Part shown: one piece after another, positions 9,417 through 17,900 of the stretch | Layout of the letters: every line of letters begins with the position of its first letter | Numbering within the stretch: position 1 is the first letter of the stretch | DNA from: an uncultured virus (IMG/VR IMGVR_UViG_3300028800_000080) | Lineage: Duplodnaviria > Heunggongvirae > Uroviricota > Caudoviricetes | Length of the DNA: 64,000 nt | IMG/VR virus record: IMGVR_UViG_3300028800_000080 | Direction: 5' to 3' (one strand) | Notes under the pieces: model-generated | Told to the model about the DNA's origin: nothing | Databases searched by the model: none | What the model saw: only the letters and a program-made list of their open reading frames with translations | Position numbers and translations under genes: made by a program

Positions 9417-10388
9417 GTGGTTTCAGCGATGAACCAAGAACACTGGGAAGGCTTTTGGAGGTACGTCTATGAGCGGCAAGCGATTTGGCACAAAAGGTTC
9501 GTCCTCAAGCAAGACCCCCCTTGGACAGAGGACCCGGTACTCCAAGCGTATTCCTTCACTAACGCTTATCGAGAGCTTGACCGCGGCACTATTCATTGTC
9601 TGCGTCATGTTATCACCTCGCCTACCCGACCTAATCTTACGTATCCTGAGTTACTATGCCGGATAGTCGCCTACCGCTTCTTTAACCGCACCGAGGTATG
9701 GGACGAGTGTACAGGTCCGGTACTGGACAATCCTTTACGTGACTACAACGGTCGCTTAGCCAAGCATACGCTCGAACCTAGAATTAGAACCTACGCAGAC
9801 AGCGGGCGACCCGCCTTCACGGGTGCGTTTATGGTTGCCTCCTATTCCATGTTCCCGGGGCGCGACAAGATAGACCGCATATGCTACTTTATTGAGTGGG
9901 TGTTCGATAACTGTAACTACGCCTACCGTGAGCTGCTCAACTGTCAGAACCCCCGCGAAGCGCACAAGTACATCATGTCGTGGCCAGGTGTGGGCCCGTT
10001 CAATGCCTACGAGTTTCTGTCCGATATGTACTATGTTCCCGGCATGCTGCCCTGGACAGAGGATGACTGGGCGAATCCAGGCCCCGGTGCCAAGCGTGGC
10101 ATCAAGCTCATCTACCCGGAGCGCAAGGACTACGAACAATGCATCTACGACCTGCGTGACGCGCAATACGACAACTTGCCTGAGTGGCATGAAATAGCCC
10201 TCAGTCTAGGGTGCGAGGCAGTCACTGCAAGCTACCTAAACAACGCAGGTCGGCAAGAGTACCGAGCTGTGAGCTTAGGACCCAAACCGCTCACCATGCG
10301 CAACATCGAGCACAATTTATGCGAGTACAGCAAATACGCTCGCGGTCGTGCGCGAGTGAAATTCAAACCCAGGACTACGCCAGCGTGA
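9417..10388 (+). CDS. 5-hmdU DNA kinase helical domain (aGPT-Pplase1 family), DNA hypermodification enzyme
   Basis: ERQAIW..R....PPWTEDPVL..YSFTNAYRELDRGT, HhH-like GVGPFNAYE..SD, NPGPGA.RG and IEHNLCEYSKY; likely ATG at 9429. Confidence 0.8.
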   Translation: MVSAMNQEHWEGFWRYVYERQAIWHKRFVLKQDPPWTEDPVLQAYSFTNAYRELDRGTIHCLRHVITSPTRPNLTYPELLCRIVAYRFFNRTEVWDECTGPVLDNPLRDYNGRLAKHTLEPRIRTYADSGRPAFTGAFMVASYSMFPGRDKIDRICYFIEWVFDNCNYAYRELLNCQNPREAHKYIMSWPGVGPFNAYEFLSDMYYVPGMLPWTEDDWANPGPGAKRGIKLIYPERKDYEQCIYDLRDAQYDNLPEWHEIALSLGCEAVTASYLNNAGRQEYRAVSLGPKPLTMRNIEHNLCEYSKYARGRARVKFKPRTTPA

Positions 10389-10505
10389 AACCTAATAATA
10401 GAAAAACACCACGCGTCAACGTGGTAGTAGTTCTATCGTAATCACTAAACTAGTCAGGAGTTCAGTGTACTTTATTCTTCGACATTGTAGGGCGCGGGTC
10501 CTGTA

Positions 10506-12776
10506 ATGAGCGCCAAAGCCGAGAAGGTATCCTACCTCGAACGCGCACCCATCGACATCGCTCGTGTCTACGAGCTTATCGCAGGGAAGCCGCTGGAAGG
10601 TGAGAACACCGAGCGTGCCGGGCGCTGCCTCAATCCCAGCCACAAGGATAAGAACCCCAGTTGTCATTACAATGTTGAAAAAGGACTTTTCAACTGTAAG
10701 GTCTGCTCGGAATCAGGCAATGCCTGGGCGCTGGTCCTCCTCTCAGGAGTTGTAGAGACCAAAGCCGACGTCATGAAGTGGTTGGTTGAGAACCGAGTGC
10801 TTCAGGACCGCAGTCCCGCAGCCTCATGGGACCGAGTTGACCACACCTTTGACTACGTTGATGAGGAAGGCGCTCTACTCTATCAAGTAGGCCGCTGGGA
10901 CAACCCTAAGGAATTCCGCCAACGTATGCCCAGTCCCAAGGGCGGCTGGCTGTGGAACCTCAATGCCTTAGAGCGGCGCGTGCCGTTCATGCTCCCTGAA
11001 CTGCTTCGAGCCGTCAACCGCGATGAGACTATCTACGTCGTAGAGGGCGAGAAGGACGTCATGACCCTGTACAAGCAGGGGCTGATGGCTACCACGAACG
11101 CGCAAGGGTCCAACTGGGTATGGCCGGTTGAGTGGGGCGAGTATTTCCGCAACGCCAAGCAGGTCATCGTCATTGCCGACAACGATGAGGCGGGCCGCAA
11201 GTGCGCCTCGCACCGCGCTGGCATCATCGCTCGCACCGCGCAAGATGTGCGCCTCATCCAACAACTCCCCGGAGTTGCAGACAAAGGTGACGTCAGCGAC
11301 TGGCTCGTAGAACCAGGCAACACCGTCGATGTTTTGGAAGCAATAGCGTCCAAAGCCTCGAAGGTAGAGCCGTACATTCCGCCGTACCCCATGGAAGCCG
11401 TACTGCCGCTTGTAAGCAACCTCACCGACACCGGCAACGGCAGATGGCTGGTTGCCTGCAAAGGCGACGAGTACCGCCACATTATTGACTACAAGCAATG
11501 GTACTGGTACAACGGCAAGGTGTGGTACGCGCCCGTCAACACAACCAGGCTAACTGAGCAAGTAATAGACCTCATGCGACAAGCAGCCGAGGACTACGAT
11601 GGCCCGGACGGCAGCAACTTTGCGGAGCATGTCGACAAGGCTTACAGTATGAACATGCGCCGCAACATGCTTGAGTCCGCCCAGGGACCTCTGGGCGAAT
11701 ACTCGCGTGAGTTCGACAAGCACCCGCACCTGTTGAACTGCAATAACGGCACGCTCAATCTTCACACGGGTGAGCTTCAGCCGCACGATTGCGTGGACTA
11801 CCTCACCCTCCTGACGCCAATAGACTACGACCCGAGTGCAAAATGTCCTACATTTTGCGCATGGTTAATGGAAGCCTGCGGACAGTCCGAGGGGCTGTTC
11901 AACTACATGCAACAAGTGATGGGCTCCTGTCTTGAGGGCCGGGTCGGTGTGCGTCGCTTCTACTTCATCGTAGGACCGAAGGGCACGGGCAAGAGCACGT
12001 TCATACGAACGCTGGAGGCTATGTTGGGCCCCTATCAGTGCTCCACGGACTTCAAGGCGCTGTCCGAGCAACGCTTCACCGATAGCGGCAACGGACCCAG
12101 CCCAGCGTTTGCCCGGTTGAAGGGGAAACGTCTGGTCACTGCCTCAGAGGCGAGCGAAGCCCACAAGCTGGACACCGCCAAAATCAAGCAACTAATCGGT
12201 GGCGACTCTATTACAGCGCGCAACTTGAACCAGAATATGGATGAGTTCAAGTTTGAGGCAACCCTCATCATGAGCGGTAACGAGATGCCTCGCATCATCG
12301 GTGATGAGTCTGTCTGGGATAAGCTCAAGCCTGTCCCCTTCATGCACGCTATCGACGGTGAGGACCCCGACTACGAGGCGAAGAACATTCACCCCGAGCT
12401 AGCGGGCATCCTCAACTTTGCGCTGGACGGTCTCAAGCGACTGCGTGAGAACGGCTATCGGCTGCAAGACACCCCTGAAATCACGCACGCTCGTGAGGAA
12501 GAAATGACTGAGCAGGACCCGTTCTACGATTGGGCGGTTGAGAGCCTGGACTTCAGCGACACGAAGGCTGAGATGGACTGCGGCGTCGTCTATGATGCCT
12601 ACGTCGCTTGGAGCACAAAGAAGAAGCAGTACCTGCATAAACGCAACCGGCTCACCCGTTGGCTGAACACGAAGCACGGTGTGAAAACGCGACACTCCAA
12701 CGCAAATACGTTCTACATCGGCGTCAAGCTTCGCTATGTACCACAAAATGAGGCTGAAGACCCGACCCCGTTCTAG
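10506..12776 (+). CDS. Primase-helicase: CHC2-type Zn finger + TOPRIM + D5/SF3 helicase
   Basis: C..PSH.D..PS..CKVC, VVEGEKDV, ADNDEAG, KGDVSDW, NLTDTGNG, LLNCNNGTLNL and GPKGTGKSTF. Confidence 0.92.
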   Translation: MSAKAEKVSYLERAPIDIARVYELIAGKPLEGENTERAGRCLNPSHKDKNPSCHYNVEKGLFNCKVCSESGNAWALVLLSGVVETKADVMKWLVENRVLQDRSPAASWDRVDHTFDYVDEEGALLYQVGRWDNPKEFRQRMPSPKGGWLWNLNALERRVPFMLPELLRAVNRDETIYVVEGEKDVMTLYKQGLMATTNAQGSNWVWPVEWGEYFRNAKQVIVIADNDEAGRKCASHRAGIIARTAQDVRLIQQLPGVADKGDVSDWLVEPGNTVDVLEAIASKASKVEPYIPPYPMEAVLPLVSNLTDTGNGRWLVACKGDEYRHIIDYKQWYWYNGKVWYAPVNTTRLTEQVIDLMRQAAEDYDGPDGSNFAEHVDKAYSMNMRRNMLESAQGPLGEYSREFDKHPHLLNCNNGTLNLHTGELQPHDCVDYLTLLTPIDYDPSAKCPTFCAWLMEACGQSEGLFNYMQQVMGSCLEGRVGVRRFYFIVGPKGTGKSTFIRTLEAMLGPYQCSTDFKALSEQRFTDSGNGPSPAFARLKGKRLVTASEASEAHKLDTAKIKQLIGGDSITARNLNQNMDEFKFEATLIMSGNEMPRIIGDESVWDKLKPVPFMHAIDGEDPDYEAKNIHPELAGILNFALDGLKRLRENGYRLQDTPEITHAREEEMTEQDPFYDWAVESLDFSDTKAEMDCGVVYDAYVAWSTKKKQYLHKRNRLTRWLNTKHGVKTRHSNANTFYIGVKLRYVPQNEAEDPTPF

Positions 12777-12787
12777 CCCCACAGGAA

Positions 12788-12810
12788 AACCCTAGCGATT
12801 TGCTAGGGTT
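12788..12810. terminator. Hairpin between convergent transcription units
   Basis: AACCCTAGC-GATTT-GCTAGGGTT just after the primase-helicase stop. Confidence 0.6.
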
Positions 12811-13005
12811 CCCACTGCTAGAATCTGTCGGAGCCTAACGCCCCACTATTCGCCTAAGGGCTTCTAGGGCAGGATAGGCCGTCGCCATCCCCGTAGTCAA
12901 CGCAGTTGAAGTACTGCGGTGTATTCGAGTTGATGTGCGCGAGTTCACAGCACATTAACCCCGTGCAGAACCCCATCACTAGGCAGAGCGCTAACCCCGC
13001 TGCTC

Positions 13006-13257
13006 TCACGCCCATATCTCCACGACGGGGGTAGTGGTGATGCGTCTGAAACTGATGCTCTCTCCGTCCTCCGATGTCTCATAGGGCGGGCACCACAACT
13101 CGACAGACTCGCCCACGTTGATGCCGGTACGCATAAAGCAGTACTTGCCTGACGAGGAGCGCAGGTTGCAGCCGTCTAAGCCGTTCTGACGCTCCCAGGT
13201 CTTGTTGACGAGGTCCAGGGCGTAGACCGCCCCAGACCTAGTTCTGAACTTGATCAT
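13006..13257 (-). CDS. Hypothetical protein
   Basis: FRTRSGAVY..TTPVVEI; coupled to the upstream ORF. Confidence 0.55.
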   Translation of the reverse strand: MIKFRTRSGAVYALDLVNKTWERQNGLDGCNLRSSSGKYCFMRTGINVGESVELWCPPYETSEDGESISFRRITTTPVVEIWA

Positions 13258-13715
13258 TAGTAGCGGGTCACCTTGGCGGACGTAACCGTGGCTACAAGCT
13301 TGAGGGCTTGGGGGTCTAGACGGGTGTAACGTACGCGACTAGGGTCAAGTTGGAGAATCAGCACGTCGCACGTCGCTGACTGGCCTATGACGCTCTCTGC
13401 CAACTGGATAGCGTGGTTAAGCGACTCACACTCCGTCGTAGTGGACGAGGTAATGGGGCCGCCCATACTACGGACTAACTCTGACGGCTCTTTGCGGTTA
13501 TGGTAGACGAACACGTACAGCTGCTTGTCCGTGGGCGTGGGCGTGAACGCCTTATTCTCGATTGTGCCGATCAGCTTGCCCTCCTCGTACACCCAGCGCT
13601 TGGAGAAGCGGGTAGCCAGCGCGTCCTCGTAGAACGCGATGACCTCTTTGAGGGTGTCCGCCTGGTGGCACCCGTTCTCCCAGATAGGCTCTTTACCGCA
13701 GTAGACTTTAATCAT
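13257..13715 (-). CDS. Hypothetical protein
   Basis: AAGGAG RBS upstream on the minus strand. Confidence 0.6.
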   Translation of the reverse strand: MIKVYCGKEPIWENGCHQADTLKEVIAFYEDALATRFSKRWVYEEGKLIGTIENKAFTPTPTDKQLYVFVYHNRKEPSELVRSMGGPITSSTTTECESLNHAIQLAESVIGQSATCDVLILQLDPSRVRYTRLDPQALKLVATVTSAKVTRY

Positions 13716-13907
13716 GTTGATTTATCTCCTTGTAAGCTTGTTGAGTGGTTTGTAGATCAAGTACTTGTTGCGGACCCTGCGCATTAGGGGCGCTGGGTTC
13801 CCTTCAGCCAACTTGCCCAGGGCGCGTCCCCATGCAGCCCAGCGGGCTATTCGGTAGAGCCAAGATACCATTCGAGCATCCTCTGTGCATCGCAGGACTC
13901 AACCAGC

Positions 13908-14246
13908 TCATCCGCCAAACGCTGGTCCATCGTCATCAGGCTCTCCAACAGGAGGCGGGCGTGGGACGAGTGGGGGTAGTCCCGAGTCAACTCGCGGGCT
14001 GAGCGCAGGCAAGGCTGGAGGCTGTTCAAACTCCCAATCAGCAATGTGCGCTTCCGTAGCAGTCGGGTAAGAGCGGACTGGAAGAATTGTTTTACGTTGT
14101 CCATGTTTCCTGTAGTAGCAATCAATGTGATGTAGACGATACTCATTGTCCCTTACCTTCTCTACCAGGTACCAACAGCCACGGAGTATCGTAGTGTGAC
14201 AGTCGGTACATATGCGGCTATACCGCGCTCGCTTGGTTATCTGCAT
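13908..14246 (-). CDS. Hypothetical Zn-binding protein (alternative frame 13847..14146 possible)
   Basis: CTDC..HIDC pattern, starting from MQITK. Confidence 0.4.
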   Translation of the reverse strand: MQITKRARYSRICTDCHTTILRGCWYLVEKVRDNEYRLHHIDCYYRKHGQRKTILPVRSYPTATEAHIADWEFEQPPALPALSPRVDSGLPPLVPRPPPVGEPDDDGPAFGG

Positions 14247-14892
14247 ACTTGAGCGACTTGATGATTGAGCGCACAGTTGCTGGGTACCATTTCTGACCCC
14301 GGCAGGCTCTAGGGTAGCGCTCATTCAACAGGGCTGCAACAACAGCGTTGCTGTAGCCCGCTTCATGCCAGTCTTTGAGGTCCAGAATGGCTAACTGCTC
14401 ACCTTCGTCAGGTACGATAACGTCACCCACTCGCTGGTAGCCGTAGGGGATAGACCCGTACACATTGTTATTCTTGCGCTTGTAAGCTAGGGCATTCGTG
14501 GTGCGCTCCACCGTGACCTCGCGCTCCCATTGCGCTACCGTAGCCAGGATGTTGACCACGAGCCGTCCAGAGGCGGACTGCGTGTCCAGCGACTCTGATA
14601 CGGACACTATCTGATAGCCCTTCTCCAACATCAGACCTAGGTCCCGCACCGACCGAGTAAGACGGTCCAGCTTGAAGACCATAACAGTGTCTCCGGGGTT
14701 GAGAAGGGCAAGCATCTCGGTCATCCGTGGCCGGTCAAGGTTGCGTCCGCTGGCGTCCCGGTCGATGAACGTGCCGGTTATCTTGCGGTCGGTAGCCTCA
14801 GCGTAGGCGTTCACCCGGCGTATCTGGTCCTCCACGGACACGGACTTGTCGTGGTCCCGGCTGATGCGAGCGTAGGCGAAGGTGAGGGCCAT
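14218..14892 (-). CDS. Serine recombinase (resolvase/invertase family with short C-terminal recombinase segment)
   Basis: YARIS catalytic Ser, DRDASG..RP, KLDRLTRS and PYGY. Confidence 0.9.
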   Translation of the reverse strand: MALTFAYARISRDHDKSVSVEDQIRRVNAYAEATDRKITGTFIDRDASGRNLDRPRMTEMLALLNPGDTVMVFKLDRLTRSVRDLGLMLEKGYQIVSVSESLDTQSASGRLVVNILATVAQWEREVTVERTTNALAYKRKNNNVYGSIPYGYQRVGDVIVPDEGEQLAILDLKDWHEAGYSNAVVAALLNERYPRACRGQKWYPATVRSIIKSLKYADNQASAV

Positions 14893-15638
14893 TAGGCCCC
14901 CAACTTCAACGTGCGGCTAGCTTCGCTCTTGATGCGCTTCCCGAGGTTCACGCTCTTGCCGGCTGCTTTACCTGCCTCGTAGCCCGAGTAGCCCGTATAG
15001 CTCGCGCCCCTAGAACGATTCGTCTTGAGCTTGGGGAACAACTTGGCCAGCGCCTTAGCCAACTCCTGGCCTTTGACGAGCACCAGCTTCACGCCACCTT
15101 CGTACGTCTTGACGTCCTCATCTTGTTGGTCGGACAGGCGACGTGCAACGGTGGTTACGAAAGCAGCGCGGTAGTTGTAGCGCCAGTTGTCGGAGTTGTA
15201 TCCCACCGAGCCGTCCTCCTTACCTGTCTTGAGGTCGCGCAACATCATGCGACGGCACTCACCCGCCAGGTACTCGTACATGCCCTGGACGATGGCGATG
15301 TTGTGGGGTTCGCCCACGACGCTAGCCCGCTTCGACCCCCTCATGATGAGCATCTTGCAAAAGTTGGTACGGGCAACGGCGCTGAGGAGGTCGTAGTGCC
15401 AGCGCGACCAGATGGACGCATACTTGGCGCCAATCTCAATGTACGTTTCCACGTATGTCAGCTCATCGCTCTGGGTGACGTCTTCCACGCTGAGGTTGTA
15501 CTTAAAGAGGAGGCGCTGAAGAGCCGCTGCGGCTGCGGCGCACTCACCTGCGGTGGCGCCCTTCTCAGCAAGATTCTTGAGATTGCTGAGCTTGTTCATG
15601 ACCTCTTTGTACTGTTCTTTGTTGATAGTGTCGCTCAT
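14892..15638 (-). CDS. DUF2786-like phage protein
   Basis: N-terminal KL..L.EKGAT.GE.AAA....QRLL.KYNL pattern; C-terminal GYEAGKAAG. Confidence 0.6.
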   Translation of the reverse strand: MSDTINKEQYKEVMNKLSNLKNLAEKGATAGECAAAAAALQRLLFKYNLSVEDVTQSDELTYVETYIEIGAKYASIWSRWHYDLLSAVARTNFCKMLIMRGSKRASVVGEPHNIAIVQGMYEYLAGECRRMMLRDLKTGKEDGSVGYNSDNWRYNYRAAFVTTVARRLSDQQDEDVKTYEGGVKLVLVKGQELAKALAKLFPKLKTNRSRGASYTGYSGYEAGKAAGKSVNLGKRIKSEASRTLKLGA

Positions 15639-15659
15639 GGTTCCCTCTCTTTCACCCTA

Positions 15660-15692
15660 ATTATAGACGATATCACGACAGAGTTCAATAGG
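15660..15692 (-). promoter_or_regulatory. Conserved phage promoter CCTA-TTGAAC-N17-TATAAT
   Basis: Sigma70-like spacing; member of a repeated family. Confidence 0.8.
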
Positions 15693-15937
15693 CGCGCATC
15701 AGTTATTTGCGAGCGCTTCCTCTACCGTTTCGAGTGCCCCTGTCCGCATGTTCTACAAGTAGCGATTTATCGCAGCACGCTACGTTACGGGCGCTGGTTC
15801 AACGGACTGAGCCTCCTTCCGGGCGGCCAGGCGCTCTGGCCACGTCTTGACGTTGGCTTGGTGCTCGGGGGAACGGCGGTGGGCGACACGGCTGACGCAA
15901 GCGACCTTGAGCCGTTCGCAAACGATGCATTCGTAGG

Positions 15938-16525
15938 TCACAGTATGCCTTGCTCCTTTGCAAAGATGAGTAGTTCCATGATGCTGATGGGCTGGTAGTG
16001 CCACACGTCTACGCCAACGTTGACGCAGCCGTCCTTGACCTTCCACAGGTCGTGCACGTGGCCGCACAGCGGCAGGTAGAGCAGCTCACCCTTCTCTATC
16101 AGGTCCCGGTAGAGAGGCAGAGTGGGCTGGCGGACGTAGCCCCGGCTATCCAGTTCATTGTTGACGGGGATATGGTTCATCTCCACGAGGACGTTCTTTG
16201 TGCCCTCTGCGTTGCGGGTGATGGTCGAGCACACGCGGTCATAGACCTCATGGAAACCCCGGTTGAGCATCTTAGCCACGTTCGGGTCATGGTTGCCCCG
16301 TACGAGGACCCGCTTACCGTTTAAGCGCTCTACGCAGCTGCGGGTGTACTCGGCACCCTTCATCGCTACATCGCCCAAGTGGTAGACGGTGTCGCCTGGC
16401 TCCACGATGGCGTTCCAGTGGGCAATCAGGGCCTCATCCATCTCCGCAACTGTCTCCCAAGGACGTTTGCAGTAGGGGATGATGTTGGCGTGACCGAAAT
16501 GGGTGTCGCTGGTGAAGTAAATCAT
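15938..16525 (-). CDS. Calcineurin-like metallophosphoesterase
   Basis: SDTHFGH, LGD, GNHD, HIP and GHVH motifs. Confidence 0.9.
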   Translation of the reverse strand: MIYFTSDTHFGHANIIPYCKRPWETVAEMDEALIAHWNAIVEPGDTVYHLGDVAMKGAEYTRSCVERLNGKRVLVRGNHDPNVAKMLNRGFHEVYDRVCSTITRNAEGTKNVLVEMNHIPVNNELDSRGYVRQPTLPLYRDLIEKGELLYLPLCGHVHDLWKVKDGCVNVGVDVWHYQPISIMELLIFAKEQGIL

Positions 16526-16854
16526 CGGTCTAAGTACCCTTCTCCGTGTGCTTGTTCGAGCATACCCAACTGAAATTCAATGTGGTGCAGAAAACAGGGT
16601 GAGTAATCTTCAATCTTCAATCGCCCTACGAGCCACCCCAACGCGTACCAAGCGTCATTACGAGCCTCAGAGCGGAGGTTACGGCGGTAGGTTTCAACGT
16701 CTAGCTTAGACGCTGTCGTAGTTGCCGGTTCTGAGGTATTGGCGGACTTTTTGTCGGGTAAGAGTACGTACTGAGCGGTGAGCACCCCCACGCCGTAGGT
16801 TACGAGGAGGGCCAAGCCGTCCAATAACCCGATAGATATTGTGTGCCATGTCAT
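16522..16854 (-). CDS. Hypothetical membrane-anchored protein
   Basis: N-terminal hydrophobic helix; ATGA overlaps. Confidence 0.5.
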   Translation of the reverse strand: MTWHTISIGLLDGLALLVTYGVGVLTAQYVLLPDKKSANTSEPATTTASKLDVETYRRNLRSEARNDAWYALGWLVGRLKIEDYSPCFLHHIEFQLGMLEQAHGEGYLDR

Positions 16855-17033
16855 GCCCTCTGCGCCTTAACTTTGGCAGCCAGTTCAGCCTCGATGCTCT
16901 CGCCAATCAGGCGCACATAACGTGACTTGCTGTACTCCTTGTGCGCGGACTGGATAGGCGAAAGGTGCTGCTTGTTCTTGTAGAGGCGAGCTGAGCGTCC
17001 GCCCAGCCCTGCGCCGCTAGATGCTTTCGCCAT
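16851..17033 (-). CDS. Small basic hypothetical protein
   Basis: Coupled ORF. Confidence 0.5.
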   Translation of the reverse strand: MAKASSGAGLGGRSARLYKNKQHLSPIQSAHKEYSKSRYVRLIGESIEAELAAKVKAQRA

Positions 17034-17182
17034 TACTCGATACCGATGCGGCTCTTGCCGCAGGCGCGATAGACCGCAAGGACACGACCGCTGTACTCGT
17101 GCGCCACCTTACCGTACTTCTGGTACGGGCTGGGGCTGTTGCCATTCTTGGCGGACTTGCCTTTCGACTTGATGCGTTTCAT
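17033..17182 (-). CDS. Small basic 49-aa protein (below track cutoff)
   Basis: Manual translation MKRIKSKGKSAKNGNSPSPYQKYGK...GIE*; fills the gap with coupled junctions. Confidence 0.5.
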   Translation of the reverse strand: MKRIKSKGKSAKNGNSPSPYQKYGKVAHEYSGRVLAVYRACGKSRIGIE

Positions 17183-17373
17183 GATACGATGTTCGTCCAG
17201 TAACGGATATCAGCAAGGTTGATGTGATGCTGGAAGTTAGGGGTCACTATGAAAGTGGAGCCTATCTCATTCGTTATGATGTCCACTACCTCCTGGCCCT
17301 TGTACGTGCCACCTATCTCGTAGCGCGACCCGTCAGTCATCTCCAGAGCATCGAAATGCTTCATTTCCATCAC
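17179..17373 (-). CDS. Hypothetical protein
   Basis: AAAGGA RBS; lies directly downstream of a promoter. Confidence 0.55.
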   Translation of the reverse strand: MMEMKHFDALEMTDGSRYEIGGTYKGQEVVDIITNEIGSTFIVTPNFQHHINLADIRYWTNIVS

Positions 17374-17391
17374 CGTTCCTTTCTACGCTAA

Positions 17392-17424
17392 ACTATAGCC
17401 GATATCAGCTGAGAGTTCAATAGG
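17392..17424 (-). promoter_or_regulatory. Conserved phage promoter CCTA-TTGAAC-N17-TATAGT
   Basis: Family member, divergent from the promoter at 17473. Confidence 0.8.
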
Positions 17425-17472
17425 CGTCGTCAAAATCGCCTATAAGAAGGAAGCGAAAAATAATTGGCGGAC

Positions 17473-17505
17473 CCTATTGAACTCCGCACCGAAACGCGTT
17501 ATAGT
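17473..17505 (+). promoter_or_regulatory. Conserved phage promoter CCTA-TTGAAC-N17-TATAGT
   Basis: Family member. Confidence 0.8.
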
Positions 17506-17510
17506 TAGGG

Positions 17511-17879
17511 TGTAGTCGAAACGGTCGGTCCAGTTCCACCGAAGCGCGATGCGCGGGAGTGGCGAGAGAAGGCCAAAGTATGACTAAGGGCCTGGGTTAA
17601 AGCCCGCACAAAAAACTCATCCGCCGCTGGGAACCGGCTCAACACGCACCCTGCCTGGGACGCAGAAATCACCCCGTTTCGGAGCCTAACGTAAGGCTGT
17701 CCGGTGCTGGTGGCACCTAAAAAGGCCCAAACCTAAGGGGGCTGGCGACGGCTGGCCCCCAGCGCGTGAAGGAAGGAACCTATGTGCTGAAGATTATGCT
17801 TGAGGTCATCAAGACCCTGAAGCCACTCCACAAACACCTCACCAAGTAAAAACGAAACAGGGCCTTAACAGGCCCTGTT
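17511..17879 (+). ncRNA. Candidate structured RNA or long leader with a 21-aa ORF (17784-17849)
   Basis: Own promoter and terminal hairpin, no long ORF; CGAAACGG/CCGTTTCG long-range stem and a GGGGGCTGGC..GCTGGCCCCC hairpin. Confidence 0.4.
17856..17879. terminator. Bidirectional hairpin terminator
   Basis: AACAGGGCC-TTAACA-GGCCCTGTT between convergent units. Confidence 0.7.
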
Positions 17880-17900
17880 CTCTTGTTGGTGGCGTCTCGT

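Noticed and set aside
12829..12841. TCGGAGCCTAACG, also found near 17679
   Set aside because: Only two copies and no shared context beyond 13 bp; possibly chance.
15123..15998. 291-aa plus-strand ORF
   Set aside because: Antisense to the DUF2786-like gene and its promoter; no motif or RBS.
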